Made by a program: the position numbers and the translations under genes. A stretch of 25,110 nt of DNA from Propionibacteriaceae bacterium (GTDB taxonomy: Bacteria > Actinomycetota > Actinomycetes > Propionibacteriales > Propionibacteriaceae). The notes below the pieces were generated by a model. That model saw only the letters and a list, made by a program, of their open reading frames with translations, had not been told where the DNA came from and did no database searches. Of the stretch, positions 9,025 through 16,123 are shown one piece after another. Every line of letters begins with the position of its first letter. Position 1 is the stretch's first letter. The stretch covers positions 1 to 25,110 of the forward strand of contig JAITVZ010000065.1 in assembly GCA_031285505.1 (NCBI GenBank), read 5' to 3'.

Positions 9025-9291
9025 TCATCGTAATGGGTCGATAGGAGCGAATGGCTCGCCACGAACAGCTTTGTTCCATGCGGCATATACGGCCTCTTCG
9101 TGAATAGCGAGCCAAGCGACAACGAGCTTCAATTGCTTGACAGGCAAGCTGCCAGCAAGTAGCTCCCCATCAACGCCAATTGAGGCGTTATGTTCTCCAT
9201 AATAAGCATGGATGTGTGGTTTACTGTGTTGACCGGTATCGGAATAAATAAGCTTGATGAGAATACCGAAAAACCGTGACAACTCAGGCAT
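9025..9291 (-). CDS. DUF4160-family small protein, upstream member of the pair. Start refined to MPELSRFFGI.
   Basis: AAGGAGG RBS 6 nt upstream of ATG at 9291. PHIHAYYGE motif typical of DUF4160. The ORF track's longer start (9327) lacks an RBS. Confidence 0.6.
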   Translation of the reverse strand: MPELSRFFGILIKLIYSDTGQHSKPHIHAYYGEHNASIGVDGELLAGSLPVKQLKLVVAWLAIHEEAVYAAWNKAVRGEPFAPIDPLR

Positions 9292-9371
9292 GACGTACCT
9301 CCTTGGTGGATGCCAGTTTAGCACCATTGCCCGAACGGTGCCGTGGCTAGAAGTGCATTGCCGTCCTGTTT

Positions 9372-9607
9372 TACGCGCCGGAAATCGCCTCGGCGATGCT
9401 GCAGCGCCAACAGGCCCAAGCGGTGTTGGCCGCTCGGGCGAAGATCGTCGAAGGGGCGGTCACCATGGTCGAATCAGCGCTGGACCGCCTCGAACGCGAA
9501 GACGTCGTCAAGCTCAACGACGACCGCAAAGCCGCCATGTGTCAAACCTGCTGGTGGTGCTCTGCTCTGATTCTCGGGCGATGCCGACGGTCAACACCGG
9601 GGCGTGA
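9372..9607 (+). pseudogene. Degenerate, frameshifted duplicate of the SPFH gene 3' end (direct repeat copy 2, 236 bp).
   Basis: Encodes ...[47 protein letters not shown], then shifts frame through a 1-bp deletion (gccatgGtgtca vs gccatgtgtca). No upstream gene body. Confidence 0.8.
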
Positions 9608-9790
9608 AGGCAGGCAAGCCCTCACAATGCATTAGATTTTCGCCTCTCCTAGCCCCTCCGGGCACCAGATGCTCCTTCAAACGAAACCACTCATTCATTC
9701 GCCATCCGACTATCCAGAAGGATTGTGCCCAGACTCGCCAAGACTCACTCATACCGCAGATTTGCTTCCGAGGGAGGGGGGACAATACTC

Positions 9791-9819
9791 TTCCGTAATG
9801 ATATTTCATCCTGTAATAT
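9791..9819 (+). promoter_or_regulatory. Possible sigma70-like promoter TTCCGT-N17-TAATAT upstream of the small precursor-like ORF.
   Basis: Hexamer spacing seen by eye in an A+T-rich stretch. Weak. Confidence 0.25.
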
Positions 9820-9840
9820 CAATGTTAATTGGCGGTTGTC

Positions 9841-10101
9841 ATGAATCATCGACAGTCTAGGATCGTTGCATCGCTCGCAATGATGGCGTCAGTGCTGATA
9901 CCCACAAGCCTATTCCAAGCAGCTACGGCGCTTGGCCTTGGAGTCGGACTTGCCACTTGCCTCTACTGGGGCATTCAGGGCTTCTCTTGGGCAGCCCTTG
10001 CGATGGCGTTCATCGGGGCATTTGATATCGGCGCTGTCGCCGCTTCGGCGATCTGGGCCTACGCCAAGAAGGTCGCTTTGAAGACCTTCCTTACCTGGTG
10101 A
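9841..10101 (+). CDS. Small hydrophobic peptide (86 aa from ATG 9841), a candidate circular-bacteriocin precursor. A probable leader is followed by a ~55-65-aa helical, Trp-rich core ending in C-terminal Trp.
   Basis: MNHRQSRIVASLAMMASVLIPTSLFQAATALGLGVGLATCLYWGIQGFSWAALAMAFIGAFDIGAVAASAIWAYAKKVALKTFLTW. Followed by a strong hairpin and then membrane protein, ABC ATPase and membrane protein genes. Confidence 0.4.
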   Translation: MNHRQSRIVASLAMMASVLIPTSLFQAATALGLGVGLATCLYWGIQGFSWAALAMAFIGAFDIGAVAASAIWAYAKKVALKTFLTW

Positions 10102-10107
10102 TGTGAA

Positions 10108-10148
10108 TAGGCGGGTTGGCGCCACACAAGCGGGCGCCAACCCGCCTA
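10108..10148 (+). terminator. Very stable hairpin (16-bp stem TAGGCGGGTTGGCGCC / GGCGCCAACCCGCCTA, 9-nt loop) immediately after the precursor-like ORF. Likely an attenuator or partial terminator.
   Basis: Perfect inverted repeat starting 7 nt after the stop codon. Confidence 0.55.
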
Positions 10149-10173
10149 CCGTCTGCTCATTGTTGGGAGTGGC

Positions 10174-11583
10174 ATGATGAAATGCGCCAGAGCAAAGAGT
10201 TATTTGCCAATAGTATTTGGCTTCTGGAGCGACGACGCTCGAAGGCTGACGATAAGTCTTACTCGGAGACTGTCATATTGGTTTGACCATGCCCAACTAA
10301 TTGCCCGTTGGTTAATTATATGTCGCGATGCTAGTCCTATTGCAGTTTTGGCACTCCCACTAATTCTTTGCCTAAGACCGGCTGCCAGTTGGCAGAAAGA
10401 CTTGATCGCCCAACTACTGTGTCTAATTGTCTTTCTATCAGTCGGCGACAAGACTGACCGCAATCGGCACTCACAATTGCTGAACGTTGGCCGCAGAATG
10501 CGCCTAGCTTGGCTAGTCGTCCGGCGGCGTTGGACTTTGCCGGCAGTTCTGGCTCTCGTGCTGATGACTACTCTGACTCTGCGGCCAAACATTGCCCTGC
10601 TTGCCTTCGCGGTCGCACTGTCGACAGTCACCCAAAGTTTTCATCTGGTAACTCGCAAGTTGAACCGGTTATACGTCACACTTTCATCTACTGTCGCTTG
10701 GCTAGTTTGGCTATCGGTCGGAATTCACACCGCCACCCTGATCACCGACAACTCGCTTATACGACAGATCAGCAACTGGTGGAACAATATCAGTCTCGAC
10801 CTACCTCTATCATCAATACCCATCGCAGTCTTGAGCGGTGCCTGCGCCTCAGGCTTCACACTCGCTGCTATGAAAATCCTACAATTTCGCCGCGTTATCG
10901 CATGGGAGAAGCTTGCATGGTTACCCATAGGACTCACCAGCTGTCTAGTTTCGGCTATCAGCACTCTTGCGATCATTGCCGTTCGAGACTCCCCTATCAA
11001 ACTTACTCTGGGTAATCTGATCCCAAGCACCGCAATTGTACTTTTGTCGCTTCTCACTGAAGTTCGCCGGTCCCGGCTGGTTTCTCCCGAAGGCCTAGGT
11101 TTCGCCCTGTTCTGGTTGCGGGACCAGGGTGTCCAGTCGACCAAAATTTGGGGCAATGCCCTGCGTTGGAAAGGTTGCCTGTGCAGTGGGGTCATCATCG
11201 TTGAAACGGTCCTATCGCTGACCATAGGCGCTGGCTGGTCAGCCGTGGCGCTACTGCTCGCTGCCATTCTGGCTGCTGCCGGCCTCAATTTACTGATCGT
11301 CTTACGGACTACGGTCCTACTGCCAGCCGGCCAGCTACCTGTTCTCTACTCCAGCACCAGCTCGGGATTGGGCAGCGCCACGATATTGGCCTGTTTACTC
11401 GGCGTCTCAAGCATCAGCCTCGGCATGACGGTCAGCAACATACAGCCGATCGTTTTTTGGCTCGCATCGGCAGTACTGCTGCTTCTCGGAATGAGCACAT
11501 TCTATCTTGGCTTCAATGATGGGCCGCGTTGGTTGACGGTCGTGCGTATCACTATGAATGACACTGAAACCGTGGGGAGCTAA
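10174..11583 (+). CDS. Polytopic integral membrane protein with at least 10 predicted TM helices, in the size and position of a DUF95/SpoIIM-like maturation-secretion protein of circular bacteriocin loci.
   Basis: 469 aa and highly hydrophobic throughout. GGGAG RBS. No catalytic motif recognised, so the family assignment rests on context. Confidence 0.5.
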   Translation: MMKCARAKSYLPIVFGFWSDDARRLTISLTRRLSYWFDHAQLIARWLIICRDASPIAVLALPLILCLRPAASWQKDLIAQLLCLIVFLSVGDKTDRNRHSQLLNVGRRMRLAWLVVRRRWTLPAVLALVLMTTLTLRPNIALLAFAVALSTVTQSFHLVTRKLNRLYVTLSSTVAWLVWLSVGIHTATLITDNSLIRQISNWWNNISLDLPLSSIPIAVLSGACASGFTLAAMKILQFRRVIAWEKLAWLPIGLTSCLVSAISTLAIIAVRDSPIKLTLGNLIPSTAIVLLSLLTEVRRSRLVSPEGLGFALFWLRDQGVQSTKIWGNALRWKGCLCSGVIIVETVLSLTIGAGWSAVALLLAAILAAAGLNLLIVLRTTVLLPAGQLPVLYSSTSSGLGSATILACLLGVSSISLGMTVSNIQPIVFWLASAVLLLLGMSTFYLGFNDGPRWLTVVRITMNDTETVGS

Positions 11584-11585
11584 TC

Positions 11586-12209
11586 GTGATTACCATCAAC
11601 GACTTGTCATTTGCATATGGCAGACATGATGTTCTGAAAAACATGACGGTTGAATTACCCGATCAGGGAGTCGTTAGTCTGACTGGCCCGAATGGGGTGG
11701 GAAAGACCACCCTATTAAAGGCGCTTGGTGGGCTTTTCGACTGCAGTATTGATATTTGCCCGCCACGAACTTCCGGAAGTTGGCGATATTTTGACGCCGA
11801 TTTCTTATCACTGGACCACCTCACCGTCAGCGAATTTGTTGGTCTAATGTTGGCAGCTGACTTGAGTGGCTCAGTCGCCGCGACAAAAATCGCCACTCTC
11901 ATAGATGATCTTAAGGACCAAACCGTTGGAGCATTATCACTGGGGCAAAGCCAGCGTCTTGTCTTGGTATTAGCCTTGAATAGTCAGTTCGACGTGCTCC
12001 TGCTGGATGAGCCATTCAACGCCCTTGATACCATCAACATCGGCATCATCGAAGAGCTCATCAGCGAGGCAGGCCGTGATCATTTAGTAATCTTTGCCAC
12101 CCACCGAGACGACGTCATGGCTGGTCGGTTGTCAGCCACCGTCAGAATGATTGATAGTGAGACAGCCGAGACGACCTATTTTGATTTAACCAAGTTTGAA
12201 ATCAAGTGA
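11586..12209 (+). CDS. ABC transporter ATP-binding protein (single NBD).
   Basis: Walker A GPNGVGKTT, signature-like LSLGQSQR, Walker B VLLLDEP. GTG start with GGGGAG RBS, 2 bp after the upstream stop. Confidence 0.8.
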   Translation: MITINDLSFAYGRHDVLKNMTVELPDQGVVSLTGPNGVGKTTLLKALGGLFDCSIDICPPRTSGSWRYFDADFLSLDHLTVSEFVGLMLAADLSGSVAATKIATLIDDLKDQTVGALSLGQSQRLVLVLALNSQFDVLLLDEPFNALDTINIGIIEELISEAGRDHLVIFATHRDDVMAGRLSATVRMIDSETAETTYFDLTKFEIK

Positions 12210-12221
12210 TGGGGATCGATC

Positions 12222-12839
12222 ATGAGTTCTGAATTAGCGTCTTCCAACAGAGACGAATCCTCGCGGAATGTTAGCGAGAATTGGCCCCAAATCAGACCTG
12301 CCGACAGGGGGCGATTAATCGAGCGACCCAAACTGCTGAACTGGCTAATTGTGGTGATGGTCGTTGGCTGGTATGCGGCTGCCATGCAAATGGTGGCCAA
12401 GCCGATATTGGATGAGGGGGTGGTCAGAGCCGGTGGCAATAGCGGCTTCGCCTCTGATCATGCCTATCGCCTGTTCCTTTGGGGGGCTTTGCTGATCATG
12501 TCACTGGCGGCGCCATGGTTGATGGCCCTGGTCTTGCGATTGGTCATCCGGGTCGTAGCCAACCAGAGGACCAGCTTCTTCCGTAGCATCAGTGCCGTCT
12601 GTTTCGGCCTAGTGCCATTCATTGTTGTCGTCGTCATCATCCAGGTGGTCACTGGCGCTAGCCCTTACCTGCTGCCTGGATGGCGCTGGATCAATCTGGC
12701 AGTGCTGACCGTGTTGGGAACCCTGATCAGCGTCAGATACCTGCGCCATGAGATTGGCTCGATCGGTCGACAGGTAGCCCTCTTCGCCATTCTCTTCAGC
12801 CTGAATGTGTTATTCATGGTGCCAACCATCGGCTTGTAG
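12222..12839 (+). CDS. Membrane protein (about 4 TM helices), a possible accessory, immunity or permease component. Its 3' end lies in a 334-bp direct repeat.
   Basis: Hydrophobic segments LNWLIVVMVVGWYAAAM, LFLWGALLIMSLAAPWLMALVL, VCFGLVPFIVVVVIIQVV, INLAVLTVLGTLISV. Confidence 0.55.
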   Translation: MSSELASSNRDESSRNVSENWPQIRPADRGRLIERPKLLNWLIVVMVVGWYAAAMQMVAKPILDEGVVRAGGNSGFASDHAYRLFLWGALLIMSLAAPWLMALVLRLVIRVVANQRTSFFRSISAVCFGLVPFIVVVVIIQVVTGASPYLLPGWRWINLAVLTVLGTLISVRYLRHEIGSIGRQVALFAILFSLNVLFMVPTIGL

Positions 12840-12983
12840 AAGTCGGCTCAGCGCAGAGGCCTCTATAAGTTCCGGAAGAACAGTTCCACTCGGTCGGTCG
12901 TCCAGGTGGCGACACCGGTGCCGAAGAAGTCGTGATCCTCGGTCCAGATGGGACAATCGATGGCCAAGGCAGCTGCCAGGACG
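12650..12983. repeat. Direct repeat copy A (334 bp), spanning the 3' end of the 12222..12839 gene, the intergenic spacer and the 3' end of vapC.
   Basis: Aligns without indels to 13587-13920, with about a dozen substitutions. Confidence 0.85.
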
Positions 12984-13291
12984 TGCCAATCATCGGGGTC
13001 ACGTCGGCCGATGCGGGCTAGAGCCTCGTCCCGGAAAGGCGAATAATGCTCCTGCGGCAAAACGGTGATCAACGTCTGCGTCTCGTCCAAGAGGGCTAAG
13101 GCCGCTTCGATTTCGGGCAAACCCCGCCGCCGATAGATGCCTTTGAGTCCACGCTCCGCCTCAGCGACGCAAGCCACCGGCACAACAAAGCCGACTATTC
13201 CCGACTGATTGGAAATCACATTCCTGACTCGGCGTCCAAGCACGGACCGAATCAGGATGTTGGCATCCAAGATGAGGGAGCGCCTAGGCAT
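12863..13291 (-). CDS. vapC: PIN-domain toxin (VapC type). Start refined to MPRRSLILDANILI.
   Basis: PIN N-terminal acidic motif. ATG at 13291 overlaps the antitoxin stop by 8 bp. Confidence 0.75.
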   Translation of the reverse strand: MPRRSLILDANILIRSVLGRRVRNVISNQSGIVGFVVPVACVAEAERGLKGIYRRRGLPEIEAALALLDETQTLITVLPQEHYSPFRDEALARIGRRDPDDWHVLAAALAIDCPIWTEDHDFFGTGVATWTTDRVELFFRNL

Positions 13292-13534
13292 TGCCGGACT
13301 GACGCGATGTTTCGTATTCGCCAATCAACTCATCGGGGTCGACTCCTTGGCGGGACAGCATCGCATCCACCCGTTCGGCCAGCTCATCGAAACGCTGCCG
13401 ATCAAACGGCCGCCGGCGCTCTTGGGGAATGTAGGTGCCAATGACTTGGCCATGTCTGGTCACATCAACCGGAGTGGACGAATCCAAGTAGGTCGACAAC
13501 TCTTCGCGGAACTGTCGGACGCCGACGGTAGGCA
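13284..13534 (-). CDS. Phd/YefM-type antitoxin. Start refined to MPTVGVRQFREELSTYLD.
   Basis: AGGAGA RBS 6 nt upstream of ATG at 13534. The ORF track's GTG start at 13589 is unlikely. Confidence 0.7.
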
Positions 13535-13565
13535 TCGTTATTCTCCTGACTGAAGCCCGTTTAGG

Positions 13566-13585
13566 TGTACTCCAAGTGTACACTG
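13566..13585 (-). promoter_or_regulatory. Candidate operator or promoter element for the vapBC pair. GTGTAC-N5-GTGTACAC contains the perfect palindrome GTGTACAC.
   Basis: Located 30-50 nt upstream of the antitoxin ATG, exactly at the repeat junction. Confidence 0.35.
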
Positions 13586-13586
13586 A

Positions 13587-13920
13587 CACTGGCGCTAGCC
13601 CTTACCTGCTGCCCGGATGGCGCTGGCTGAATCTGGCGTTGCTGACCGTGCTAGGAAGCATCATCAGTGTCAGATACCTGCGCCATGAGATTGGCTCGAT
13701 CGGTCGACAGGTAGCCCTCTTCGCCATTCTCTTCAGCCTGAATGTCTTATTCATGGTGCCAACCATCGGCTTGTGACAGTTGGCACGGCGCAGAGGCCTC
13801 CATAAGTTCCGGAAGAACAGTTCCACCCGGTCGGTCGTCCAGGTGGCGATGCCGGCACCGAATAAGTCGTGATCCTCAGTCCAGATGGGGCAATCGATGG
13901 CCAAGGCAGCTGCCAGGACG
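13587..13920. repeat. Direct repeat copy A' (334 bp). It carries truncated duplicates of the membrane-protein 3' end (13591-13776) and the vapC 3' end (13800-13920, minus strand).
   Basis: Alignment to 12650-12983. Downstream sequence (13921 onward) differs from what follows copy A. Confidence 0.85.
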
Positions 13921-13942
13921 GCAGTGGATCAACCCCGCAACC

Positions 13943-16072
13943 CTAGACCTGGAACCACCCCAGCCACCAGGGCGGCGAATCAATGACTTTCCCACCGGTT
14001 TGGACGGCCTTGGGCGGATTGGCCACTGCTGGAGAATTGGGATCAACCCCGCCCGGCGGGGTCGGCTCAGGATCGACCGAGCAATCCAGCCATTCGGCCG
14101 ATCCCGGCAGAATCTTCGGCGCATCGGTCACCGCGTAGGCGTCGAGCATCGTCTCAATCAGGCTGGAGCCTTCGCCGGCGACGGTCAACCGCAAGCTGAC
14201 CGACGCCCCCACCGGGGCGACGACCTCACCTAGATAGGTCGCCTGCGCGCTGTCTTGGACGATCGAACCTGGGCCCGACGAAGCCGGCGATCCACCCGCC
14301 GACCCAGCTGAACCCGCGGCATCAACCTTCATCGTCACCGTCTGCCAACTGACTCCCCCATCGGTTGACTGCTCCAACCGCAGCTCATCAAGCGGCAGGT
14401 CAGCCGCGCCAGCGGCCATGCCGGTGTGAACAATGATTGGCTGCGCCGTGGCGCCTCGATTGGCAGCATCGATGCCTGGTAGCTCGATATTCGCCGAGCG
14501 CAGCGGTTCGATCCGACCCTCTGCCGAGCCTTGACTGGCCGAATGCCAGCGCCAGCTGGCGGCGATGCTGATCGGCGGGCCCCATTGCGACAAATCGACC
14601 AGGCTGGCCTGACGCAACTCATACTCCTGACCTTGATCTGGCAGTCCAGGAACCACAAGCGGGCTGACACCCGGCGGAACAGCGGCCCTGATCAGCGACT
14701 CGCCACTGCTGAGGTTGACCAGTTCGAGACTGGTCTGTGCCGCACCCTGCAGGCCGGTGGCAGTGAATGACGGCTCGGAGTTGCCCTGCCCATCGCTAAG
14801 CACGTTTGGATAGACAACCATCGTGTCGGCCACACGGCTGGTTTCGAAGCCTGCGGGCTGGTTCAGGGTCAACACCGGCCCACCGATGTCGAGCTGGCTG
14901 ATCTGCCCCAGGGGGAAGACTGTGGCCGGTGTGACGAAGATGGCCGGATCGCTCGGTATCGACGGACCAGTCGGATCAGCAGGATCCTCGGAGTCAATTG
15001 GCGCCGTCGGGTCCCCATCCCCTGAGGTCAGCGGGTAGTCGCTTTCAATCGTCCATGACAGCTGCGGCGACGCCCACAAGCGATACTGGCTGGGCAGAGG
15101 CTGTTCGACCGGGAAGGAGAACAGCGACACCGACCCCGCCGCGGCTGCGTCGGGCCAGGCAACGGTGAACACCTCCTGGACAGTGTCCAAATCACCGCCA
15201 TGGCGATGGCTGACATCGACCGCCGCCAGGTCTCCGGTTTCAGCCGTCAAGACGAAATCAGCCTGTGACAAGCCCGAACGACTGGCCAAAGCATAGACAT
15301 CATCCGGCACGGTCTTCCCATCCAACGAGCAATCGGCCAAGCGATCACCCGGGGGCGTCGCCAAGACGCCGAGCAGATCAAGCTGCCAAGAGCCCAAATT
15401 GTTATCCGCTGTCGGCAGGATCGCCAGAGCATCATCGAGTCGTCGATCAAAGGAGACGACATTGTTGAAATTAGACAGCCAATCACCAGCCGAATTAGAT
15501 AGCCCCAGCCGCGCCGACACGGAGCCATGTCCGGGCAAATCCGGGAGCAGCTCGACCGTCTTGGCAAGGCTGCCATCGAGTTTGAGCGTCGTTGGCTCGG
15601 ACAATGTGAACGGACCAGCCGGCAAAACGGTCACGACATAGCCGCCATCATCGGTCATGACCTGGTCGGTCACCACCAGCGCATAATCACCCTCCACCAG
15701 CGGCATCGACCAGTGGCCGTCGACCATCGGCGTGAAGGTGCTTTGACCGCTATTGATATCGACCAGCGCCACATAGGCCGGCTGTGCCGGATCAGCCCCG
15801 GCGGGTTGACCCAGCAGATTGGTCGCCTCGATGGTCAGATCGTGAGTCACCGGGGCGTTGTTCCAGCCGATTGGTGTGCGAATGAGCTGCCCGAAGGTCG
15901 TGGTGGCGTTGACGTAGCCCCCGACATAGCCGATATCGAAGAGGTTCGGGTGGATTATCACCGTGACGCTGGCTTGACCACCGGCTGGCACAGTGACTGT
16001 GTTGGCCGACAACTCAATCGCTCCGTCGGGTGCTGGGGTGGCGGGCAGCACAAAAACCGACCCAGCCGACAC
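13943..16072 (-). CDS. C-terminal ~709-aa portion of a large subtilase, or a separate beta-sandwich domain protein. No signal peptide. In frame with the upstream S8 ORF and separated from it only by one TGA.
   Basis: Frame arithmetic: the stop at 16124-16126 and the GTG at 16072-16070 are 54 nt apart. The 17 intervening codons have no stop. AQ-rich linker on both sides. Confidence 0.5.
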   Translation of the reverse strand: MSAGSVFVLPATPAPDGAIELSANTVTVPAGGQASVTVIIHPNLFDIGYVGGYVNATTTFGQLIRTPIGWNNAPVTHDLTIEATNLLGQPAGADPAQPAYVALVDINSGQSTFTPMVDGHWSMPLVEGDYALVVTDQVMTDDGGYVVTVLPAGPFTLSEPTTLKLDGSLAKTVELLPDLPGHGSVSARLGLSNSAGDWLSNFNNVVSFDRRLDDALAILPTADNNLGSWQLDLLGVLATPPGDRLADCSLDGKTVPDDVYALASRSGLSQADFVLTAETGDLAAVDVSHRHGGDLDTVQEVFTVAWPDAAAAGSVSLFSFPVEQPLPSQYRLWASPQLSWTIESDYPLTSGDGDPTAPIDSEDPADPTGPSIPSDPAIFVTPATVFPLGQISQLDIGGPVLTLNQPAGFETSRVADTMVVYPNVLSDGQGNSEPSFTATGLQGAAQTSLELVNLSSGESLIRAAVPPGVSPLVVPGLPDQGQEYELRQASLVDLSQWGPPISIAASWRWHSASQGSAEGRIEPLRSANIELPGIDAANRGATAQPIIVHTGMAAGAADLPLDELRLEQSTDGGVSWQTVTMKVDAAGSAGSAGGSPASSGPGSIVQDSAQATYLGEVVAPVGASVSLRLTVAGEGSSLIETMLDAYAVTDAPKILPGSAEWLDCSVDPEPTPPGGVDPNSPAVANPPKAVQTGGKVIDSPPWWLGWFQV

Positions 16073-16123
16073 CTGGGCCTGCTCTTGGGCAGGCTCCTGG
16101 GTTGGGTCTAGAGCTGCGGCCGA

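Noticed and set aside
9254-9635. ORFs 9254..9607, 9343..9570 and 9396..9635 encoding SPFH-like C-terminal peptides
   Set aside because: They are frame artefacts over the degenerate duplicated SPFH 3' fragment (1-bp deletion). No independent start or RBS. Annotated as a pseudogene fragment instead.
9591-9809. Small ORFs (9604..9798 plus strand, 9591..9809 minus strand) upstream of the precursor-like gene, considered as a possible immunity gene
   Set aside because: No RBS, and the predicted peptides are not hydrophobic or cationic in the way immunity proteins are. More likely promoter or regulatory DNA. Left open but unsupported.
13943-13965. Idea that the island junction at 13920/13921 truncated the subtilase and removed its TM anchor
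   Set aside because: The subtilase stop codon (13943-13945) lies 22 bp outside the repeat, in sequence unique to that side, so the C-terminus ...WWLGWFQV is encoded by native DNA. No evidence of truncation.
16073-16123. Selenocysteine (UGA recoding) explanation for the in-frame TGA in the subtilase
   Set aside because: Only a small 6-bp hairpin ~30 nt downstream of the UGA. Nothing resembling a bacterial SECIS positioned right after the codon. A subtilase linker is not a plausible Sec site. Nonsense mutation or sequencing error is more parsimonious.
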